DNA of 63,071 nt, the filler included, from Folioceros fuciformis (taxonomy: Eukaryota), in NCBI GenBank assembly GCA_049999805.1. It is 4 parts of 2 records of this genome, joined end to end, with 100 filler letters (N's around TTAATTAATTAA, not from the genome) between each part and the next. Parts side by side here need not be neighbours in the genome. Positions count along the whole stretch, not along the records: positions 48,743 to 63,071 come from JBNGIO010005685.1; 3 more parts are not named here. One strand, given 5' to 3'. Each line of letters begins with the position of its first letter. Position 1 is the stretch's first letter. Positions 53,101 through 63,071 of this stretch are shown here, piece by piece. The position numbers and the translations under genes were made by a program. The notes under the pieces are model-generated. The model saw only the letters and a list, made by a program, of their open reading frames with translations, had not been told where the DNA came from and made no database searches.

Positions 53101-56100
53101 TTTTCCTCTTCCAACTTTGCATTTCAACCTGCCCTACAGCTGTGAGCTTACTTCAGAGGTTTGGCCAACACTCTCTGCCCTAGAGTCACAAAACTTGTTT
53201 CTTGATTGGACATAAACCATCCGAGCGAAGAGACACTGGAAACAGCTGAACATCGTCAGGCAGCTCGCAGAGACGCTCTTGCCCGCAATGAGAATGAGAA
53301 GGCCCCCCTCAGTAACGTGTTGAGGGACGTGCTTGGACAACCTAGTGGTTGCCATGACAGTCATACAGCGTCGACATGAAGCAAATGACACTAACCTTCC
53401 AGTAAATACATGCTCTCGGACACCCAGAATCGAGGGCTTCCTTAACCCATGCTGCACGTCAAACTCCTGTAGAAGATTCCTCATCTTGACAGTCTCTTCA
53501 AAATAATTATCCTGCAAAATAATATCCCACATATATGTATTGAACTGCTACAACAGAGCAAAAAATCACCCTCTATATACTTTCTCCGCTACAGCACCTG
53601 GTTCATATCAATCGTTTGTATAGCATCTCCTCTCGTAAATACAATAGCATGGTTCTGATTTTCAGGTTTCCCTTCTCCAAGCAGTGGGTCTCCTGGCAGT
53701 TGGATTGAATATATTTCCTGGCGAAGAACATTGGTAGATGTCAAAACACCTTCTCCAAATGCCACAAAAATAGCTTGAAATAAATGGTGGAACCAACTTT
53801 ACCTGCTCCCCCACAGCGTCTGCTTTAACCAGCTTGGAGAAGAACAACATCGTGGATCTATTATCAACCATTCTCTCTTCAGAATGAATGTACGCCACTC
53901 TTAATCCCTCGTGGCTACGCAAAAGATGAAAGTTTTCCAATTGCTCAGCTATCAGAGCTAAATGAATCCATACACAGAACATCATTCACACAAACAAGAG
54001 CAAAGCAGCAAGAGAATCCTGGACACTGTTCCAATGCTGGATATCAAACGTCAACAACAGAAAGGCAATATCCTACTTACGATCTTAGAAGATAGCCAAT
54101 ATCAGCAGCTTTCTGCAGCTTAGCAACGTCTGTACTTTTCTTCAACGACCCATAAATCTGGCAGCTCACTACATACGAAAACTTTATGTCTGCCACAGAC
54201 TGTGCTGTGAGTGAAGGGGGCACAGCTCCGAAGGCTGGCCTAGTTCCAGCCTCTTCATCTGCAGCACCACGCAACATTTCAAAAGCTTATAAGATTGATA
54301 AAAACTCATTAGAATTCTCAAAAGAGCAAAAGTACCTCGAGCTGGCGCATCTTCCAGTTGACTCAAGAGCATTAAAGCACTCCTGTAATACATCATCCCG
54401 CGCACTGCGGAAAGATTGCAAAGTAATTGTAACACTAAGTTGTACCTCAGGTCGAAACAAGAATATACAAGCAGACAGTGGATAAAGGAGTTCGTTAGGA
54501 TAGGCCTCGTCTATACCAGTCCGTGCCAATGTTTGGCCTCTGTAGGAGGCCCAGAGGCGGAGCTGTAGAATTGGGCCTTCATCATGAGTATCCACTTTTT
54601 GCTTCTCGCTTAAGTTCTTCCTGTACAATAATACATGATTCGAAAATTGTTTTTCTCGATCAGCATTTTTCGGCGACTGCTCGGGGAACATCCTCTCCAG
54701 GTAATTATTCCACTCATCTACAGACAACCAAAACCAAAGTTAATTTACATTACCAGTAACCTTACAGACACTACGTCTTCCTGCATTCAAGGAGAAGCAC
54801 GACCTGATCAATTGAAACTGCATATGTGCGACCTACGTAACAGGATGCAGTTCGATACCTGGAAATATCTTCTGAAGGTAGAAAAGTATGGTGATGCCAT
54901 CTTCATTAGGCTTGTTGAGTGCAGCATAGCTGAACATTACGTCTTCTGCATAGTAAGGAGTCAATACACTAAACGAGAACATCTTCTGGAGTGATGGTGT
55001 TGCAGGTATGTCCATGAAAAGAGAGTTGGAGAAGAACTGGAGGCGCCGCCGGGCTTCATCATTCTTTGGTACGCTTGCAGCAGAAACCTTGATAGTCAAA
55101 AGATTATGGAGCCTTAACGTAGCTTCATGCTGCCATCAAACCCCACAATCAGCCAAAACGAGCTTGTGGATGTACAGAATCAATTTTGCCCAACCTCTTC
55201 ATGTGTTGACAGGCAATTAATATTTGTAAAAAGCAGCTCTGGTTCCTCCCCAGCTCTCCTCATGATGTCAGAGCTTATAAATTTCTCTCTGCAAGGGTGC
55301 AAAACGCCATGAGAACACACAACATAAAGGACCCACCATGGGACAGGAGAAAGTTTAAAGAAAGTTTGGGGACCACCTGAGTTGCCTTCCCAACAATTCC
55401 TGCATAACTTTCTCAAAGACTTTTGAGAGCGACTTTGTGATCTGTTTGTACTTGCTGGGCATGTCTTCCTCCTAAAGAAACCAACGTCAAATTAACCACC
55501 AGCTGCCATATCAAGGTGCGGAATAACTAGTATGGTCAAAAGGTTGGCAATACGGACTGAAACGCCCTTCAGACTTATCAAATCCTTTGTCAAGTCTCCC
55601 AGTCTTGAAACAAGCCCATCTGGACCGCCAAGTATCTTCAAAGACAGAACACCAACCAGAGCTGAATTTGCCTTGGCTTCGTCAATCAGTTGGAATACAT
55701 TCTGCACCCTGTCCATATAAAGTTTAAAAAGACTTATCACGACACAGCCTCGCCACCTTCAACGTATGCTAATAGTTTAGCATCCAATTTCTCTTTCATG
55801 ATAAGTTCTAACGAAAGAAGTACTGCACCAGGTTTGCTCAACGGGATCCTGGACCAATGTCTCCAGCATTTGCCGTACACTTGCATAAGCTTCCCTCACC
55901 GCAGATAACATGTATTGGTCGAGTGATATTTCCCTTTCAAGCTCTTGTTGAGAACCTTTATGCTCACCACTCAGATTGCTCGCCAGTGCAATCTGCATGA
56001 AAGTCCAATATCAAGGACTCTCATGCGTAGATGAAAATTCAATCTGGTCGTGATAGTGCTCACCTTGTTGGCGAGGAGAAATAAGGGCCACTGCACCTCT

Positions 56101-59100
56101 TGCAATCTCCCAATATTTTTCGGCATCCAGAGCAGGTCTCTCTCCCTAGATAGACAAATAGGACGAATGACAGACACATGACAGCGTTCTGATCACAAAA
56201 TGAGTAAACACAAAATACACTACTCGTCTGAAGACGAGATGGTAAAGCCCTCGGACGAGNNNNNNNNNNNNNNNNNNNNNNNNNNNNNNNNNNNNNNNNN
56301 NNNNNNNNNNNNNNNNNNNNNNNNNNNNNNNNNNNNNNNNNNNNNNNNNNNNNNNNNNNATACACTACTCGTCTGAAGACGAGATGGTAAAGCCCTCGGA
56401 CGAGAGCTATGAGAGTGAGTAGAGGTGGCAAACTTTCACCTGTTGCTTATGTAGTCTTCATCTCGGAGGTTCCTGATGATCTCGTTCCAGATGGGAGCAA
56501 ACCTCTGAGCATCGGATTTCCCACTCTGTACAAATTGATGCAACACAACCGGCAATTAAGGAACAGAAACTAACGCGTAATCCCAAGAAAATAATGACGT
56601 ATGAAGGCATTGACAGGAGAGAAAGGCTGGGTGACTCCTAGCAGCACAGTATGTTCCAAGACCCTGGGAGCCTTGGCATCCAGATAACCAAATTCCCTAT
56701 TCCATCGTGAAAAACACCTTTAAATTCGTTGTTTTGGGCAAAAGCATTCGCAAGCACGTGAAATATTTACCTGGGCACCAGACGTCCTGCAATATCATCA
56801 AACCACATGCACTCGTTCAATATCAGACATTGGAAAATTGAAGGGAAAAACAGAAGCGCCCACACTTTTGCAGAGGACCCCAACGAGCTCTGCACAGTCT
56901 TCGGTGTCTTACATCTTTGCCCTTATTGCAACAGGAACTAGTTTTTTCACAAATTCCTCAGGGATCGAACGAAATCGGTTGCGGAGCATGTTCAGCGAAC
57001 GGATCTGAAGAGAGATGCAGACCACTCACGGGGTGAATTCAGTCTTGCTTTCGTACACATGTTAGCAAGAGGCGGCTTGGAACTCATAACGCAGAAGTGG
57101 TCACAGGAGGTAAGAGACACCAGCTGTAGAACCTGTGACAAGAGAAGCTAATACACACCTCTCCAAGACGCATGATTGCTCCATCAACACCCCCCCAAAT
57201 GGCTGAGAAAACAGTGTACCACACTTGTGTATCTAGAAAGTAGATCTGCACGAGAAACAATGAGCACACTTAGGAGTAATGAGACCAACCTGGACGAAGT
57301 AGATAAGTTAAACGGCCTGAAAGGAGGAATTCCCCGAGAGCTGAGAAGGCCATACCAGAACAACTGGTCCCCATAGTGATGCCAAAGTCCACGTATTGTG
57401 GTGATCTACAGGACAAGAAAAGAGCAGAGTAGAGCTATTGGCCTCCAAGAATCAACAACGCGCCCTGACTCCGAGGCCAGGTAGTTCTTACTTTTCAGAA
57501 ACAAAAACCTACAAGAGCTTATCACATAACATAAACAACATCCACAAAGTCAGGTTTCTTACTTTTGGAGAGGAAGGAGTACCAGTTGTACTCTTGAATA
57601 CTCGTGTCATAAATAACCTTAGTTGGATTCACCAAGGGTTTGATCTGGTTGAACATCCCGGTTACGCTTCGGTTAGACATTCATGTAGTAGAACTCTTGC
57701 CGCACAAAATCGCAACACTGTCGGCTTAGCAAAACATATACCATGAAAAAGTAGCTGAAGGAAAACTTTGCAGCCAATACAACCAACCAGAATCCTGCGT
57801 AGCTGTTCCAGCGCGACTGTATTGTTAGCAAGGAAGCTGTTGACACACTCATGACATCGACAGGAAAGCATTAGCTGACAATAAAGACATACATAAGAAA
57901 ATCTTTGGTTGTTTCATACATGCCTCTTCCAACATAGTACCGTTCCTGCACCAAGTGCTGTCAGCTCTGAAAGAAACCTCAGTCACATCCAGGTATTGCA
58001 GTCACAACTACTCCTCAGATGTTGCGTACCCTCGGAAAAAGCGTTCAACTCCAATAGAACAAGAGGGAGACATTTCCTAAGGACTACCTGGTTCACCCAG
58101 CTGATAAAGCGTGTGATGTGCCAGGTCTCAATTTTGTCGACTTGAAGACGAAGTGAAGAGATACGGGAGATGAACTCAATGGAGACCAGTGCGGCCGTGT
58201 ACACTCCAATAATGAGGATGTACAAATTAAATAGTGCTGAGCTCCGGTTGAGATTCGCTTCACTCATCACCTGGCTGGGAACAAATGACCCATAAGCACG
58301 ACACCAACATTTCCTCAAAACCATGAAATCCCTCAAAGACAGGAAAATCAAATTAAGTACAAGTAAAGAAGAGCGCTTAAGCAGTGCACTGGGATACATA
58401 CACGTAGATAACTATGATGACAGCAGAAAATACTACAAACCAAAGCAATCGCACAAACACTCTTGCCACATTTTGACCTCGAGTGCTCTTGTACGCTCCA
58501 AACATCAGAAGCACATCAAGTACAGCTGCAATACCGATTCCAAAGAGAATTCAATGAGCACGACCAACCAGGGACCAAGACGTAGATCCAATAGTGCACT
58601 CTGACCACGACTCACACCTAAAATTTTAAGGAAACCTCCACCACAGTCTCACATACATACACTGAATGAGCTTCAATGATAAGTATGTTGGCCCACAGCT
58701 CAAAATTAGTCTGACTCGGTGCCAACCCCTAAGTTTGCTGGTAAAAGCAATTAACGCTAAGATCTGCAATGATCACTAGTATCAGCATACATTGAGCAGC
58801 ACCATTAGTGACAACAATTGCAGCTTAAGTGATTCAACTAAGACCTACTTGCAGCATGACTAGGAAGAAAATCCAAAGCCTGTGGAAGCTATGAAAGACG
58901 TGTAATCCGGTCCTGTGCTCCGCAAACAAAGTTTTACCCATCCTTGCCTTTTGTCCTCCCCACCTGCTAGCAGATTCCTGCAAGCGAGAAATACAGCGCA
59001 CATGAGACTAGAATAACCAGCAGACAGACAAGCCGTTCATATGAGAGATCGGCAGTCGCAATATTACGTCCTCACAACAGAGCAGAGCTGCAGCATCATA

Positions 59101-61939
59101 CGTTGGAAGGCTTCTGAAAAAAAGGTTTATCCAAAACCATTGGCCATCCAAGTGAAAAGCAGTTCTCCGACCTAGCAGGAGAAGAGTCAGACAGTCAGTG
59201 CAATTTTGTAAAAGCAAGTGCTTCAAGTGTTGGAGAGCGAAAGGAACTAGGACATGAACTGAACAAGTCAAGGATATTTCAGTGTTAATGGGCCCAAATG
59301 CATGTGTACCAACCAGAAATACTCATTGAGATCATCATAATTCCTCCACTCTGAATGGCTCTTGCCTTTCCCATACTTGGCTTCCTGGGGCACATCAACT
59401 CATAAGCAAAGGTTGGTCACACCTCACCACTGCACTAGCCTGAAAAGTGTCGAGTTGAAACCAAAAGCACGTTTTTGCAAAAAACAAAAACAGGAAGTTA
59501 CTTACTGCAGCGATTACACTATATACAGGATTTATCACTTTGTCAAGAAACTCGTGACCTCCATCACCAACTTCCCTCGCACGAACAGCTACAGATTTGT
59601 CTAACTGCTGGAGCAGCTCAGAAGCCATCTGCAAAATCCCCGCCTCAACAATTGAATCAAAGCCGGTGGATGTTCCTCGTTTCATGGGATTTGGCACCAA
59701 AGGAATTGTGGTCATTCCTTACATTGTGAAATATGTAACAGAGACACTCAGGTAGGAATCGAGCATTTCCTGCTTCACCCCAGATCAGTAAATACAGGGC
59801 CGTCAAAAGGAGCTTGACCTGCACAGAATTCCCCCTGCAGCATCACAGAAGCAACACATGAAAATAGATGGGTATACATCATCCTTCCCATGCAGGAATC
59901 AGACCACCATAGGCCGCATGGGAACAGTGGGCCCGGGAGTGTCTGCAGCTGTATAAAGAAGAAAAATACTTTCTCACGACATACCTTCTGCATGCAGATT
60001 CCTTCCTCAAATAGGTGCACCACCTCTGGTAGTTGTCTAAGACCTTATCATGCAGACGGCTAACTGCAAGGTCGTTCGCCTGCTCAATAACATAGAGGGC
60101 GAAGTGGCCGCAACGTTCAGAGAGAGTGATTCACAGTCTGGTCAAAGCCACGGAAAGTCTGCCTTTTGCAGTTGTGTGTGGCAGACGAGAATAATTTTTT
60201 CAAACAAAAACGGAGAATGCAGCAGGCTCACCTGGCCATCCGGTTGTGCAACCCGAGCATGAGTGTTTGCAAGCAACAGTATGATATGCTCCCGCTGATT
60301 GTTCACATTGTCTTTCTGTCAACAGGCCGAATGGAGTAGTTACAGTTCAAGTTCATAAGCAACCTGGGGAGACAATATTCTTTCGAAACTCTTTACCAAG
60401 TCAGCAAACGAGCCATAACAGCATGGATGCAAACAGCATGCTATGGGATGCGGGATGTACCTGGAAACCAAAAATATACTGCAGGAGATCCAGGATATCT
60501 GCAGACCGTTGATTGGGACGGGGAACAGTGGTTGGAAGTGCAGGCAAACGATCCTGCTGCCGATCCCCATCCCCATTCTCTAGAGCTAACACAGACAGAG
60601 CTCCCTTGATCTGCAAAAAACGGGTTCTCTTGTTTTCAGGAGCAGTTCTTGTCTTGCTGCTGCAATGAGCATCGCCGCATGGTCAGGCAAGCAGAGCAGA
60701 AATTGGCACAGGTCAAATCACCTGAGGCAGGAAGTCAAAGAGATGAGTCGCATTTGGTGTTTCCAAAGGAAGAATATTGTATGGCTTGTACTCTGAAGCT
60801 CTAGCTGCATCACTCTCTATATCTCTCCTCTGCCAAGCTTCTCCCTGAGACAAGGTATCTATTACCCACGGCCCCGAGGAGAAAGATGAAACGAGATAGA
60901 CCTCCGCTGGTCAGGAACAAACAGAGAGCATTCCTCAGACCTGGATGCCCAGCAAGATACCTGTTGATCTTGAAGGAGGGCTTTCTTCTCCTCCTTATTA
61001 GGGATGAGGGTGTCCAGCACCTCATTCAAAACTCTGAATGTTTGGTAACCCTCCTTAATCTTGGCAACTCTTTTTTTCGACTCCCTGCTCACGTACAGAA
61101 ATACAGTGAGTCGCAACCAGTGAAAGCGGAGCAGGAGGCCCGACTGGCACAGTCCATTCTGCCAGCAACTGTTATACATGCAGAACGGCAGGAGCGGGAT
61201 GAAAACTTCGAAGTCAGTATGTCCGCGAAGGAAACAGGCCAGGAACTAACTGTGCAGGAACCCCGTCCCCTCGATCAGCGCGTTCATGCCACTGCTCCTC
61301 CTCTGCTTCGAGCTTGTCAATCTTCTTCCTGTAGGCCTTGTAGAAATCCGATATGAGAATAGCATCATTCCTGCGGTCAATGGATTGCCCGTCCTGCTTG
61401 GATTTCTTTTGCTGTCAGAAGAGCCGGTTCACCAGAGTTAGTACAACGTCCGCCCGCAAACAGAGGCAGACACCGTGCACCGCCTTCCAAGAGTACCGTA
61501 ATGATGGACAAGAGCCCCGTCTTCAACTGCAGCATCCCCCGGCGCTGACTGTTAGGATCCAGCACCTGTGCGAGCGTGTACGCATGTTCACACACTGCAA
61601 AACACAACAAAAGTAAGCCCGGCTCCGGCCAGCTCCCATCCCGGCCCCAGTCAAAAATCCATCCACTACAGCAGCGGCACAGGAAATCCACTTACAGATC
61701 CGGGCCACCTGCTGACTGTGTCGTCGCAAACGGTCTGCGACGAGCAGCACGGTGTCGACGCGCGCGTTCCCGACGGCCGTCGGAAGCTCAGTCTCCAGGC
61801 CTACCCCCTGGCTGCTGTTCTGCCTGCTCTGAGCACTGAAAACTCGCAGCTTCTTCTCCACCAGGACATCCCAGTGGGCTCGCGCCCGCACCAACCGGGG
61901 ATGCTCATCCTCGTCCAAGTCCACAAATTTCCCCGACAT
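50161..61939 (-). CDS. CALS: Callose synthase (1,3-beta-glucan synthase, GT48), GSL8/GSL10 (CalS10/CalS9)-like; many short introns
   Basis: N-terminus [170 protein letters not shown]. Confidence 0.96.
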
Positions 61940-62934
61940 GGCTGCCAAACTCTCTCCTTCAGCTTCAGCTCCAGATTCCCAACCCAGCTCCGCTAGATCT
62001 TCACAGCGCCCATCTCCAGCGCAGCACGACCCAACTGGTCTCAGTGAGCTGCTGCTCCGGCCCGGGCGAACCAAGTCAATCCAATGCTGATCACCGTGAG
62101 AGAGTCGGATGGATGTTGTGTCCCACACTTCCACACTCCCAGCGATCTAGTCCACGCCAGACGCTTCAAGAGGGAGGCTGCATCGTACTGCTCCAACACG
62201 GCCTCGGCATAATCCCGCGCTTTTGACTCCCTCGCACCCCGCGCGCCTTTCGGAGCTGCCACTGATCCGCGGGCATACCAATCGGTATATATGTACGTGG
62301 CGTACGCGAACCTGTCGACCATGAGTACTTAATCATTTAGTATGTATATCCGCTTTTTCTTTTCTGTTCTTTTTTCAGCAAGACAAAGGAAGTGAGCCTC
62401 ACGCAAGGATAGAGCAGGTTGTGTGGAGTGAGGAAGGAGCATAAAATAAGCTCGTGTAGGAATATATATACATAATAGGTTATATAATAAATTTTAAGTA
62501 ATAATAATATATAATAATATATAATCTATAGGTTGGGTAGTATATAACTTACAAAAGGACGCTAAGAGTTTTAAAACTTTCATAATTTTTAGAGCCTTCC
62601 TAGCCTACTCTCGGAGGAGCGCTAACAACGTTTTAGTTGGGGCTTAATGTTATTTTTTTTCCTCAAAATATTTTATACTTTAGTAAATTATCTAATATAT
62701 GCTTTTACTCCATATTTGAAGGCCTGAAGTCATTTTATCTTGAGAAAACATGTTTTAGAATGTTGTTGATGTTTGTTGTGTCATTGCACTATCCGCAACT
62801 TTTTCTTTCTATATTTTGCTTGCAAATTTTACACCAAAGAGTCTTAGCTTGAGAATGGTACATACTTTTCGTTAGAAGACTCTCCCCGTCTCCGATGGTA
62901 AAGTTATGTCCTCTTTACTCGAGCTACCCATATA

Positions 62935-63055
62935 TTTTTTTGTCACTTCGTTTCCCAACCTCTTCACTTTCCATCACTTTCTCTCCATGTCCCTTTTTCG
63001 AGCCCCACCCACTTTTTATGTCACTTCCTCCCACTTTTTATGTCACTTCCTCTCC
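62935..63055. repeat. Short imperfect direct repeats (tttt(a)tgtcacttc)
   Basis: Three copies near 62936, 63013 and 63035 in pyrimidine-rich intergenic DNA. Confidence 0.5.
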
Positions 63056-63071
63056 AGGCCTTGTTGTAAGC

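Noticed and set aside
56215..56405. About 45-bp direct repeat flanking the 100-N gap in a CalS intron
   Set aside because: Identical sequence on both sides of a gap is typical of unmerged overlapping contig ends.

Overview
Compact land-plant nuclear DNA. Short introns of about 100 nt and PPR proteins with a 'PGQSWWTD' box suggest a non-seed plant, probably a hornwort (inference). Three 100-nt N/TTAATTAATTAA/N linkers (10576, 28165, 48643) split the window into four joined pieces, so adjacency across them is unproven. Piece 1 holds a decayed Ty3/Gypsy element (-) and, pointing the other way, a Ty1/Copia element (+) with a tRNA-iMet PBS and an extra coiled-coil ORF before gag. Piece 2 holds the 3' end of a PIN auxin carrier (+), a fully intronless large SPL1/12/14-type SBP-box gene (-) and a multi-exon PDS5 (-). 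Piece 3 holds two tandem PLS-class PPR genes with WW-type PG boxes and no DYW deaminase (+), a plastid RelA/SpoT homolog with a TGS domain (-), a fasciclin protein (+) and a GSK3/SHAGGY kinase (-). Piece 4 holds a GSL8/GSL10-like callose synthase (-) with an unusual CxxC-x13-CxxC plus KKKD C-terminal tail. All calls come from reading motifs by eye; no database searches were run.
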